Positions 11,821 to 23,605 are shown, numbered from the stretch's first letter. The stretch is 48,982 nucleotides of DNA from Piedraia hortae CBS 480.64 (GCA_010093745.1 MU005970.1:267549-316530); one strand, 5' to 3'. Notes: generated by a model from the sequence alone, not told the origin. Numbers and translations: made by a program.

Positions 11821-12560
11821 GTGGGAGAGAACTCTAGGCCCCTACGACCAGGTGACACTGGCAGTCACCAAAATCTGGGCTGTGCGTTACTCTCGCTCGG
11901 CAGGCTAGAGGAAGCAGAACAAAGATTCCAACAAGCGCTTCAAGGACTCGAAAAGTCAGCTGGTATAAACAACCTGATTGCGTTTAACTGCTTGGATTGC
12001 TTGGGGATAACCTACAGGAAACAGGATAAGTGGGAAGCATCACTAGCCATGCATAAACAATCATATGGGCTATACAAAAGGGCTGGGGGTCCAACTCACG
12101 AGGGTATGATGAGAAGCGTAGGTCATGTGGGTAATTTATATTTCAACCTAGAAAGGTAGAGCGAAGCGGAGAAGGCGTACAAAGTCTGGGTCGCAGGTCT
12201 GAACAAATCTCTCGGTCGAGAGCACCTCTTAATCCTCAATGCAGCCAAAATCGTGGCCGACTTCATGACACATCGACGCAAAATCGACAAAGCTGAGCCC
12301 CTATATTAACAGTGCCTGCGAGGATACGATAAGTCCCCGGGGCCTGAGTCCAGCATAGCCATAGAGTTGGTCCATTCTTTAGCCCATGTCTATGACCAGC
12401 AGCAGAAATGGGAAAGGTCAGAGCCACTGTAGCAGCGCATGCTGAAGCATAAGAAGACTTTGGGACCGAAGCATGAAATAGCACTGGACATGCGCTTGCA
12501 GCTGGCTCGTGTTTATCGTGAAAAGGGCAAGCAGGCATAAGCAATGGAGATGTTTTCACG
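11821..12560 (+). pseudogene. Degenerate kinesin-light-chain-type TPR repeat gene (fungal NLR-like C-terminus)
   Basis: NLGCALLSLGRLEEAEQRFQQALQGLEK and related repeats continue past in-frame stops (R*SEAEKAYK...LGREH; EPL*QRMLK...LGPKHE...LARVYREKGKQA*A). No ATG-led N-terminal domain is evident. Confidence 0.75.
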
Positions 12561-13749
12561 TTCACTGCAGATTAAATGAGGGACATGCTCCTTGATTATC
12601 GATGAGCCGGGTAGCGCACTCTGCAAGAGGATTCGGCTGCTTTGGACAGCAAAGTACGTACTAATAACTTCTTCGTCAAAAGAACATTAACTTCGTATCA
12701 TCAATCTTTGAGATTTTTGGGCGTGATGATGCTCAAGCAGGGTCGCTGACATGCATGGCGTCTTGCTAGGGCTAGATTTATCCAATCGGCCAGTCCCTCG
12801 GTTCCAAAGTGCTCTGAAGCCACTTGTTCTTGACTTTTTGCCGTCGCTGCGTGGAAGACAGGGCGTGCCCGACGACATTGTGCGAATTGCTCACAGGGTC
12901 TTTCTTTTGCCATCTCTTCAGTCTGGCTACGGAAGAAACTCAGTTTACTCCTCTTGATCTCAATGAAGACGGACATAAACTCATAAAGTATCTCCTCATG
13001 CCCACGAGTGGTTAACAAGAATAGACTATACTGAGCCGTTACTTTCTGGTGACCACCAATTCGTGAATATGTCGTTTTTTGGCACATGTCGGAGTGTCAT
13101 CTGATCCGCAAAAGCGCGCCGTTCCAGCTCTGAAGAGTCTGTCTGCTGTGTGGCCTTGGAACCGGCCACGACAGGAGTCAAACCAGGCGGCGCTGGTTGT
13201 GTGCTGGCGTTGCGACACAAAAAAGTTATAAAGCAATGCCGCAGAGATTCCTGGGGCCTCCCATTCCATCATCTTTATGCCATAGGACATTGAGGTAGGT
13301 ACTCCCATCTCCACTTGTCTCTATGCCAAAGCTTGCTTATCTTGGTGGGCCTCGTTACCTCAGTAGCCGCTGCCCATGGACGGAGTAAATAATTGCTTTG
13401 GGTATCGTGCAACTCTGAAGATCAGGTCGCAGACTCCCAAACTGCCCGGATAGCGCCGACTTGATCTACCACATTGGCAAACTTGTGGCCTACATCCTCA
13501 GCCAGCTTATTCACCCGTGTGTTGCTTTGCCCATTAATCAGTTTAGTTCCTGGCAAATTTTCGGACTCTAGGCTAGTAAAAGATTCCGTGTGAAAGTTTT
13601 GACGTAGAGACAGAGCAGCAATGCCTTTCCATCACCTTCCATCAATGAACATTGAACCTGGCGTTGAAACTGCCACCATGCTGTTGAACATCTTGACTTG
13701 AGCTGGCACCATCAGGTGGCATGGAAGCAGCCATTAACGTAAGAGAAAC

Positions 13750-14224
13750 TTGGCATTCGGCAAAAGCTCATGTTATGTTATTATTTTAACGCCAGGGCCG
13801 AAACGGCCGCGTACAACCGCCCGCGGCCTCCCGAAGGGCATCAGGCGTGCTAGTCTAGGATTATTAGAGGTAAACCCAACCCAGCCAGCAAATCTATCTC
13901 CGTAGGGCTCTCAATCCTCCTGCTGCGTGCCTCTCCCGTCGGTCGGGGAGTGTCTCAGCCTTGTCTTGTCTTGTCTTTTCTTTGATAGAAGCGCATTCAC
14001 CGTGTGGCGGCCCCGAGAGCACGCACCACACGAACCGCAGGAAAAAAAACCCTCGGTGAGGGGAAAACCTGAGAAACTCCCCATGCTCTGTTTATGTCCA
14101 GTGCCCGGGCAGGCCTTGGCTCGGAGAAGAGATTTTCTCCGCAGGGCGGCATGGGACTTGACCAAAGCTCATTTTAGTGTTGGTCGTTTTCTTGCCAGAG
14201 CGGCCCGTGCCAATTCCATTTACA
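13750..14224 (+). ncRNA. Candidate structured non-coding RNA, family unassigned
   Basis: Several nested helices found by eye, a long-range 5'/3' closing helix, and G-U pairs favouring the + strand. No credible ORF. Not matched to a known family. Confidence 0.3.
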
Positions 14225-14674
14225 GTAAGCGTTGGACCCATTGACAACATAGCAAAGTCTGACTAAAAGTATCCACGGCTTACACGATGCAGTTTGTGGA
14301 AGATATAGGTAGACAACACAGTCTCGGTTCCGCCAGGTAGATTTGTCACCTAGCTTTACGCTAGCATGCAGGGCACTCTGACTTGATGTCGACGACGACG
14401 GAAAATTCCGTGTCAGAATGAAGCCCATCTCAGTCATGCTCTACATCATGCGACCAACATTCACACGAGAATTTCTGTCAACATTACAATCGCACATAAA
14501 TCCGTTAAATTTCGAATTTGGCAATACAACAAGCGAGTGAACCAACAGACAAAGAATGAAGTAAATGATGAAGCCGACTTTGAAGTACAATGAAATCGCG
14601 TGATCACTATAACAGGTGCATCTTGAGCTGCACTGCATAGGAAGGAGGGGGTGGCAATTCCAGCTCTTATTTCG

Positions 14675-15457
14675 ATGGAGCACTTCACCTTCTCCCCGAA
14701 GGCAATCATCACACTTACCATGGCTTTAATTCTTTGCTTCTGGATTTTGTCATTCGTCATTCGCGGCGGACTCAGCGTGCCCAGCCCTGTTGCTTGGTAT
14801 GCCAACGGGAAAACACCTTCTCGTCGATATGGAAGTCCGGCCTATGGCACCTCTAAAATCCCAATGGATATCTACATCATGTCGAAATGTCCCGATGCAA
14901 GAGACTGCATGCAGATGCTGATCTTGCCCACCATGCAAAACGTTTCTGACATTATTGATCTCAACCTTTCATACATTGGAACGTGAGTGCCAGATGGCAG
15001 AAGGGAATATCCGTGCTAATAGCATTCTGATAGCGAAAATGCCGACGGCAGTGTGACTTGCAAGCACGGACCAACGGAATGCCAAGGAAACATCATCGAG
15101 CTTTGTGCAGCACAAATCAATCCCGATCCGAAGACTATACTCGGCTTTACCATGTGTATGTACTTACAATACCCACTTATTCCGAATCGGGAGTTGGTAG
15201 AATCCTGTGCGCTTCAACATTGGATTCCCATCGAGAAGCTTGATGAATGCACTTCGAGGGATAATGGCGAATTTGGCATGAGCTTGTTGAGGAAGAGTGT
15301 TGCCAAGAGCGCCGAGGACGAGGTGAAAATCAGCTGCACTGTTAAGCTCGAGGGTAAAACAGTATGTGTAAGAGATGGGGGCGAGTGGGTAGACTGTCCA
15401 AGGCATGAGCCGCAGGAGCTGGAAGATGACATCAAGAAACTTGCTGGGAAGCAATGA
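14675..15457 (+). CDS. GILT-family (gamma-interferon-inducible lysosomal thiol reductase-like) protein
   Basis: N-terminal hydrophobic anchor, YIMSKCPDARDC and CKHGPTECQGN signatures. Intron 14983-15033 joins two ORFs in frame. Confidence 0.88.
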
Positions 15458-15598
15458 TCAACCTACAATAAGCTCTGATGAGATATGAATTTCAGGTAGA
15501 TTATACATGGCCTAGTTGCCAAAGAGAAACTTCACCCAATTTCATTTGCCCTTGCGCTTGAAGGATTCCAGGGGAGTACATAACCTAAAAAACTACTC

Positions 15599-17156
15599 CT
15601 AAAGGAAGTAGCGATATGTGTCGTACAGATCTCCTAGCTCGACGTTTGCAACCTCCGCGGCGTTCCCCTGCCGACGCTTTTGATTTTCCCTCAGGCACAG
15701 AAAGCCATAAGCCATGGCACTGATTATGGAAAGAGTCGCAAAGGCAAGGCAAATGCTGTAGCCCGTTATATACCGTGGGGCGTCGGTCTTGAGAAAACTG
15801 AAGACAGCAACGATGCCACCAATGTTGCCGACACTAATAATCCACGCCGTGCCCACGGAGCGTCTGTGATGGCCTCCAAGGTTCATAGTGAACCAGCAGA
15901 CCACCAGGGGCATGGCCGAGAATGAGCCACAGATAACGAGGAAAAGTGCCCCGTACTGTAGATGAATATCATCGTGCACCTTTAAAAGGATGGCCAGCCC
16001 AGTCAATGCCATAACAGTGCACGAGATTGCAAAGGGCATGCGCATCCTCGCACGGTCGGAGAGTGCGGCTATCATCATGCTGAAAATGAACGCCGATGCC
16101 CACGGCGGGACAGAGAACAGCTGGGTGTGAATAGGATCATAGCCATATGTTCTGATCAAGGTCGGGCTGAAATACGCATAACTAGCTGGATTAGTGATTG
16201 CGTGCAAGAGGATTTGCAGGGCACTTACCCATAGCTCGAAACAATGACACCCATGTACATAAGGGCTGCAGGGTATATTTTGAAGTCCTTGAAAAGACCG
16301 AGGACATCTTTGATGGTGATTTTCTTGTCCAGAGCTGCCTGTCCCTGGTCTTCTTCTAACCGCGAAGCAACATATTTCTTCTCACTGGCAGCGAGCCACT
16401 TTGCTTCCTCCGGAAATCCGGGAAGAATGAAAAAGAACACGCAAGCAACCAAGACTGTAAAGAGGCCCTCCAATATAAAGATCCAACGCCAGCCGGAATA
16501 ACCGGCAGTGCCAGCCATTTTTCCGATACCGGCCGCAATCAAACCACCGAACGCCCCAGCCAACGTTGTCGAGCCAAAGAAGAACGTGAACCGTTTTTGA
16601 GCCTCGCTGCGCTTGTACCACATACCGATAAGGTAAAAACATCCGGGAAACATGCCCGTTTCGAAGAGACCGAGGAAAAAACGAACCGCCACCAAACTGC
16701 CGTAGCTCTTGACAAACCCCTGCATCATGGTTGCGAAGCCGAACAGGAACATGTTGATGCTGAGCCAGAGACGCGGCCTGAAGTGTTTCAACAGGATATT
16801 GCTCGGGATCTCGAACAAAATGTAGGGTATGAAGAAGACAACAAGGGCAACGTTGTATTCGTGTCCCTTGAGCCCCAACTCTTCGCTGAGACCATAGACA
16901 TTTGCATTGCCGATGTTGACTCGGTCTAAGAACGCTTCTGGCATTAGCAATCATTTTCAAGTGATCTTGCCGACGTACCCAGTAGGTAGAGAACACAGAG
17001 GAACGGAATGACATGTAGATCTATACGAGCCAAAAGCTTGCGCTCAGTGGTATGTTCCGGGCAAGACATCTTCGAACGTCCTCCAGCATTTCCGCTTCCT
17101 TGGTTTTGGTCCATAGTGGTCTGAAGTGCAAACGTATCCTTTTCGTTGTTCGCCAT
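15599..17156 (-). CDS. MFS transporter, anion:cation symporter / allantoate-nicotinate permease family
   Basis: ERKLLARIDLHVIP, FLDRVNIGNA, FEIPSN, RFFLGLFE, WRWIFILEG and APRY motifs. Introns 16935-16978 and 16182-16228. Confidence 0.92.
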
Positions 17157-18259
17157 TTCTGACTGTGTTCGCGGAGCCTTTGGAAGGAAAAGATAAGACT
17201 GTCGGTTTGAGGAAAACATTGCGATAGCAGTGACTGCACGTCGGACTTTCAGAAGGTACAAGATGTACAGTTGTCTTGAGAGCAATGCGAATGCCGCAGT
17301 GACCGCACGTTAACACGGTGCTTGATATGGAGATTGGGCTAACCTCAGCTTTTCAAGGTAGATGAGAGTGCAACAAAAGGTAATCGGTTCTTCACTGGGA
17401 ATGAGTTCGTCGCCAGTGATTCCGAACGCAGGTGATGCCATAGCTGATGAAGCGTCATTCCCGGCTTCAAATGCAGAGCCCTTTCCAAACCAGATGATAT
17501 AATCGAACCTTAAGATAAACAGGGGTTGGCGTGAAGATGGGAGGATAAAGTGTTACCACCTTGGTGGTACCTGTGCGGGTATCCGTGTGGCACTACTTTC
17601 CACCTCATTGGGTCCTTCGTGATGGGAAAGGTACAGAGCTGTATCTGATTGAGGTATGGACATGATCTGAGTCCTGCAAGTTGTATGTCCCCACTGACAC
17701 TCCACGGAGGCGTATGATGGTTTTATCCTTCCCAGAGCTCTGCCTTTATCCGGTATCATGCAAAGCTTGGCTGCACTAAGCCCTTCGATACGCATTCACC
17801 AGCTTAACTGCACGCGGCCGCATTCGAATGTTCATAGCAACGTCAAGCAAATAAGTCTTTCACCACAATGTTTTCATAGCAATCACGGCTTGTTGCGAAG
17901 TTTGTTACACGGGCTGAAGGGACGATAGGCACGATGGGGCTGATTAGAGTTACAAGGCTGTGAAAAAACTTTCAGGATAAGTGAATTGGCTTTTCAATGC
18001 TTCAGTTCCTGATGATAAATTCTTCATCAAATCGAAGTCATCACGTCGACACATTCACCTGAAAAGATCAAAGAAGCTTGGCTTAACAGGAGAGCCAACG
18101 AGACGCATAACAAAAGTGACAATTACCAAACAACGTTCAGCTGTCGTTGGGTATGTGATGTAGTGATGTATTTGTAAAGCACTGAGAGCAAACAATTGCG
18201 GAGCTGACTAAAGGTGCCGAAACCATTAAACGCCGTAGGGTATTGTATGCACACTAAGC

Positions 18260-19606
18260 CTAAGCAGCTACGCTCTGCCCTTCACTTTTCTTCCCTTCTT
18301 CTGCGATGGACAAATCAGTAGACGTGATGCCCAAATCGTCAATCTTGTCACTCAATCTGTCGACTTCCTTCGCAAGGGATCTATCCCTCTCCTCTTTCTC
18401 CAATTGTTCGAATTCCTCCTCGATATCCTCGTCGGCCACTGACTGCTCGCCAGTAGCGGGCTGGAACAATGCATTCTGTACCTCGTCCGTGTACTGCTTC
18501 TCTTCTTGAAGCTGCTCGACCACGTTCTGAATTTTATCCACGCCACCAGTCATCTTGTTGAGCACTTTGAGCGTCTGGGCCGACGCTTCAAGAATGGACA
18601 ACATCTCAACCGAGTCGGCAGCTTTCTCGGTTTGGGCATATACGTCCTCAAGTTGCACGAGGGAAGCCGTACGCTGTGCAAGCTTTTCTTGAGCCAGTTT
18701 CTTTTGCCGCAGCGCAGAGCGCGCCTGTTCCTGTTTTCGCTCAACCACAAGCTTACGGGCAGCACCATCGTGCTGAGAAACGCGCTGTGAGAGAATGACA
18801 ACCTCCCTCTCCAGCGACACGATGAGACTGCGTAGAGAGGCTATAGTGATGTCCTCCTTTTGCACGCTAGGTGGCAGAGTATCTGAGGCGGCCTTGACCT
18901 TGATAGTTGCTGTAGCGGCATCGTAGGCGATGGCAGCGTGATCGCGCGCAAGATGGAGAAGAAGTACTGCTCTGTCACGCGAGGACAGAGTTTCCATGTT
19001 CGTTGCCTCGCACACCGTCTGGTCGAACATGTCGCGCGAGAAGATGCGCGATGTACGTGATGTAGCAGTTTTGGAGATATGGTCCAAGACGTTCTTTGCA
19101 GCGGCCTCGACGTTGGCGAGGATTACGTACTCTCCTCCATCCTCGCGGCGACCGACCAGCGCCTGCCAGCCCAAGGTGAGGAGTTGGCGGGGGGACGGGA
19201 TCCATGAGGTGGCGTAGATGCTCTCTTTGCAGGAGAGAAAAGTGTCGAGGGGGATGAAGGAGCCGTTGCGCACTGCTTCGCGGACTACGCAGCCCAAGCC
19301 TTGCGGGCGACCATGGGTCTTGGTCTCAAGCGCAGTCGCAAGAGATGTGGTGGAAATGATATAGCGATTGCCCAGTTTACCTGAAGCAGTAGCCAGAGAC
19401 AGTGCGCGCAGCCAGGCGGCGACGTTGGCGTGGTAGCCATCGGGATTAGACTGGGCCTGGTTCTGGAAAGAGCTATAGAGGGACGACAGGCGGTTGTGGC
19501 TGGAAAGCGGGTTAGCAGCGGTCAACATACACAGGGAAGGGGGCAACGACTTGCGAAAGGCCTCGTCGTTGGCGGCCAGGAATTCGACGACGTTGTTGAC
19601 GGTCAT
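18260..19606 (-). CDS. CHM7: ESCRT-II/III hybrid protein Chm7/CHMP7 (winged helices + Snf7 domain)
   Basis: RLSSLYSSF...NPDGYHANVAAW and GRPQGLGCVV N-terminal motifs, followed by a Snf7 coiled coil (ARSALRQKKL...LKVLNKMTGGVDKIQNVVEQL). Confidence 0.85.
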   Translation of the reverse strand: MTVNNVVEFLAANDEAFRKSLPPSLCMLTAANPLSSHNRLSSLYSSFQNQAQSNPDGYHANVAAWLRALSLATASGKLGNRYIISTTSLATALETKTHGRPQGLGCVVREAVRNGSFIPLDTFLSCKESIYATSWIPSPRQLLTLGWQALVGRREDGGEYVILANVEAAAKNVLDHISKTATSRTSRIFSRDMFDQTVCEATNMETLSSRDRAVLLLHLARDHAAIAYDAATATIKVKAASDTLPPSVQKEDITIASLRSLIVSLEREVVILSQRVSQHDGAARKLVVERKQEQARSALRQKKLAQEKLAQRTASLVQLEDVYAQTEKAADSVEMLSILEASAQTLKVLNKMTGGVDKIQNVVEQLQEEKQYTDEVQNALFQPATGEQSVADEDIEEEFEQLEKEERDRSLAKEVDRLSDKIDDLGITSTDLSIAEEGKKSEGQSVAA

Positions 19607-19654
19607 TGTTCACATCGCCCGTCACATCCCAAAGGGGAAGTCGCCGCAAACACC

Positions 19655-20593
19655 ATGACCACATCAACCGCCGACGCCCTCACCGATGCCCTACCCGATG
19701 CGACCGACTGGGTGTCCACGCCGTTGCGCGCCGTCGCTGAGATTGAGGCCAGCCTGCACTGCCAAATATGTAAGGAGTTCTTCGCGACGCCCATGACCAC
19801 GTCGTGCGCCCACACCTTCTGCTCCAAATGCATCCGCACAAGCCTCTCGGCCGACGGCAAGTGCCCAACGTGTCGCGCGCAGGACCAGGCAAGCAAACTC
19901 AGGCATAACTGGGCATTGGAGGACGTCGTAGACAAGTTCCTCAACGCGCGACCGGCGATGTTGGCAGTTGCCAGAGGCAAACGAGCGAGGGAGCGTTATA
20001 ACAACGTCGATATTGAAGAGATGTATGCAGACAAGGGGGAGGGTGGGCGCACGCGGAAGAGTCGCCGCATCGCCGTAAAAGCAGAGGAGCAGACAGAAGA
20101 GCACGAAGAGAATGCTCTAGTAGAATGTCCTCTAGGTTGTGGAAAGAGAATGCAGATTGCACTGGTAGACGGTCACCTGGACAGATGCGAAGACGAACAG
20201 AGAGAGGCCAAAATGCCACCACCTCCCCCGCCCGAACGCCTGGCCGAACTGAACTACTCGCTTCTCAAGGAAAATGCACTGAGGAGAAAGTTGGAAGAGC
20301 TTGGAATCCCTTCTTGGGGAAACAAATTATTAATGACAAAGCGTCATGTAGAGTGGACCAATCTGTGGAATGCAAACTGCGATTCTACAAGGCCGAGGAG
20401 CAAGAAAGACCTTCTAAAGGACCTGAACGGGTGGGAAAGAAGTCAAGGAGGCAGAGCGGCGGGAGGAACATCCGCAGTGGCAAGGAAAGATTTCGATGCC
20501 TCGGGTTGGGCCGAAAAGAACAAGGACGAATTTGTCCGTCTTGTTGCCGCCGCCAGAACGAGGCCAGACAAAGAACGGGATGTTCAGCAATGA
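19655..20593 (+). CDS. RAD18: Postreplication repair E3 ubiquitin ligase Rad18
   Basis: RING (CQICKEF...CAHTFCSKC...CPTC), UBZ (CPLGC...HLDRC), SAP domain and LWNANCDS motif. First ATG at 19655. Confidence 0.93.
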   Translation: MTTSTADALTDALPDATDWVSTPLRAVAEIEASLHCQICKEFFATPMTTSCAHTFCSKCIRTSLSADGKCPTCRAQDQASKLRHNWALEDVVDKFLNARPAMLAVARGKRARERYNNVDIEEMYADKGEGGRTRKSRRIAVKAEEQTEEHEENALVECPLGCGKRMQIALVDGHLDRCEDEQREAKMPPPPPPERLAELNYSLLKENALRRKLEELGIPSWGNKLLMTKRHVEWTNLWNANCDSTRPRSKKDLLKDLNGWERSQGGRAAGGTSAVARKDFDASGWAEKNKDEFVRLVAAARTRPDKERDVQQ

Positions 20594-20695
20594 TGTCATG
20601 GACCTGCATTACCAATCACGACCAACCCCGGTCAGGCGTGTTAGGGTTGCGATGACGTGCTCCCCGCACCTCCACTCCTGTCCCTCTCACCTCAA

Positions 20696-21178
20696 ATGTC
20701 CCTCTTACTCCGAACATTTCCTGTCATTACCTCAAGATCTTTGCTGTCCACCAGACCGTTGACAAGGACATTCAGAATGTCTTCCCACGCTTCTGCAGAC
20801 AATGCTTCCATCGGAGTGCATAATCTGACCAGCAAAAAGGACTTTGATGAGGCTCTAGCGGTCAAGGGCTCGCTTATGGTTGTCGACTTCTTCGCGACCT
20901 GGTGCGGGCCGTGCAAGGTTATCGCTCCTCAAGTAGTAGAGTGGGTCGCTCACTGACGGATCTAAACTCTCCCCTAACTTGCTGCTAGGATGTCTAATCG
21001 ATTCAAGAATGCTCGCTTCTACAAGATTGACGTGGACGAGTTGCCTGCCGTCGCCCAAGAGCTCGGTATCACTGCCATGCCTACCTTCGTTCTCTTCAAG
21101 GACGGCGAAAAGGTTCAAGATGTCGTTGGGGCCAGAACGGCGGTCCTGGAGAAGGCTATCCAGACGCACTGCAATTAG
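20696..21178 (+). CDS. Thioredoxin with probable mitochondrial presequence
   Basis: WCGPC active site and AMPTF motif; intron 20941-20988; Arg/Ser/Leu-rich N-terminus with a second ATG at 20777. Confidence 0.92.
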
Positions 21179-21247
21179 AAGAAAGTAAGAGACAATGGTA
21201 TCGATCAGTAATACACCTTGCAGCTGAGTATCAACCAGCTGGACATT

Positions 21248-22589
21248 TCAACCAAAATTTGCCAAGAAGGTAGGAAGCAGACTCCTATGCATGTGTTAGG
21301 ATCTTAGAGCAGACACGTGTAGGGGAACATACCCAATCGCCAAGCTGAAGGCGATGCCCGTCACCAACCGGCGCCTCATGCGCTCTTTCCTCAGCTCGAT
21401 ACTCACACGCGCTCGCTTTGGCGCTGGTCGGCTGTCAGTCTCCGAATCCGAATCCGCCTCAAGCTCCGATGCCTTCCTCTTATTGCTAGACTTGTTGACT
21501 CCTCCAATCTTCTCTGCCTCGGCCACCATACGTCTGGCCTCTCTCAGTAGCTCTTGCGGATCGTCAGGGATTGCAAGATTGGGATGATCCTTCGGCATGT
21601 TCACATTGACGCGCGTGTCTTCCACTTCGCCGTTGCCGCTCAATCGCGTCTTCTGCTCAACCTCGACTGTTACAGTCTCAGAAGCCGGTGCTGTTTTCTC
21701 TACGGGACCAAAAGGTTCAGCTGTATGATCTGTAGAGCCTAGTCAGTGGCGCCTCTCGGACATGGCCAACCGACTTACCCCTTCGTGTGCGTCTGGACTT
21801 TGGAGTTTTTATAGCACGAGTAGGAGTCTTGGCAGGTATGGGCGACTCGGAACGCTCCCTGTTTCCAGCACGTTTGCTTCGCCTGGTCCCTGCCGCTCGT
21901 TCCGGCGTGCGCCCCAAATCGCTCATGGACAGCTTGCCCTTGTAGGATGGCGGAGACTTGATATAACGCGTGGCGTCAAGCCCGCGACTGATCGGGCTCG
22001 GGTCAAGCAGCGCCGCGATCCACAATGCGATGCCATATTCTTCAGCTAACTGAAGGGCTGCTTCGGGCGAAACCCAGACGTTACCAGCAACCTCCTCGCT
22101 AGACGTATTGGGCATGGACTTGATGTATTCCTTTTCATCCGCTTCCTCCTCTGGCTCTGCATAAGGAAAAGCCGCCTTGAACATGCCAGTTGCGCTGATA
22201 TAACCATCGCTCGAGCGGCGCTGTACGCTTAGCACCTTCATGGCGCACGTGTCTGCAAGGGACCTACCATCAAAAAATACGCTTCGGGGAACTTTCGGTT
22301 TGCGCCGCGCGTAAAAATTTTGCTGCCGCTGAGATCCTTTGGCAAGGGGACGCGCAGATGTGCGTAGTCAAGCAAGCCAAGGTTGTCCTGCTTGGTCGCA
22401 TTCGTAAGCCCCACCTGGCCGGGCCTCACTCGGAGCTCCGTCTGGCCCAGGCAGCGGCGCTCGACTAAAATTTCATCTGTTGTTGTCAGTACAGCGACGC
22501 GAGGTCTGAGGTGGGAAAAACAAACGTGGCGGAGCGCGCTCCTCAGCAAGCATTGGATTTCGGTGCTCGGGAAGCTGGCGCGCCATCAT
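21248..22589 (-). CDS. APSES/KilA-N domain protein with C-terminal transmembrane tail (Bqt4-like), 5 exons
   Basis: Spliced product contains [23 protein letters not shown]...GNVWVSPEAALQLAEEY and a terminal TM segment. Introns 22476-22525, 22221-22267, about 21730-21778 and 21285-21332. Confidence 0.8.
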
Positions 22590-23605
22590 GCTTCGTAGCG
22601 TTGGGAGAAATTGTCTGTTTCGTATGATGTTATTGTGCACTTTGCGACGCGACGCGACGGAAAGAAAGGGCCAGGGTGGCTGGTGGGGGATGATGTGTGG
22701 CGGGGAACTGGATCGGACCCCGGAAAAACTACACACGGTCTCGCTTTGTCCTTTTTTTCTGGGTATCTTTGTGAAATTGAGCTATACAGACCTGGAAGAC
22801 TGTCAATACATTTGATGGTTAGTGCTGCGGCGCTTCATGAGATTGCTTCGTGCAGGTGTTAAGGTTATAACCGCTCCTTGAGCCGGGGCATTCTGGGCGT
22901 ATGATGTTCATACACTCTCCCAATGGAAGTTACAACATCTACATCAAGGTCCCTATGCTGCTAGTCATCTAGTCTGAAAATGAACCGCCAAAAGTTCTTT
23001 CATCTCAATTGCACTCCTCTGCTCATTCAATTCTCTAGCACGGATGTCAAATTGCAATACTGCCCTATTATGGCTTTGTTGTGCCGTAGAGGTACTTATA
23101 TCAACACATGCAATGCTCGTTCACTAATTGGCCCACTTCCTGATGGACTAGGATACTGGGCCGGAACAGATGCGTACACGTCAGATACGAGCTATTTTGA
23201 GACCTGCTTGCAGGAGCAACATCGGCGTGAAAGACCCAACGTAACTACACCGCCGTATGCTGCATGACCCTCGGCTAGGAATACATAAACACTCCGTGAT
23301 ACTTGATGGTAGCTGCCTGTATGGTTCCATGCTGGCAGATAGCATGCGTGACAGTTCGTTGAATGTCGATCAAAGAGTGATTGAACAAGGTTCGCGGCAG
23401 TACTCTGACCTCCTGCTCTCGGTGAGCAGCAGTGAACTGTGCCTCCATCAATACCCGCTAAAGCATCAATCAATTCTCCTGCAAGTGATTCATCGAAACA
23501 AGCAAACCGCTCATTCTTCTGACCTTCACCCCTTGGTTCCTTCCCCCACAGCCCCACTCTCCCCCTCAACACATTGACAACAACAGGCAGGATCCGGCCG
23601 CGATC

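Noticed and set aside
14070..14175. RNase MRP/P RNA (gaaactcccc similar to GAAAGUCCCC)
   Set aside because: No complementary 3' P4 strand (GGGGCUnAnU) is found downstream.
14055..14185. TPP riboswitch (ctgaga ... acttgacc resemblance)
   Set aside because: The P4/P5 consensus (GAUCnGGnUAAUnCCnGCG) is not matched and no thiamine-related gene is adjacent.
5421..17156. Secondary-metabolite gene cluster (P450, monooxygenase, MFS)
   Set aside because: No PKS, NRPS or terpene backbone gene or cluster regulator, and the genes are interspersed with unrelated loci.
19430..19654. N-terminal extension of RAD18 from GTG 19430
   Set aside because: Non-ATG start overlapping CHM7 antisense; Rad18 similarity begins after ATG 19655.
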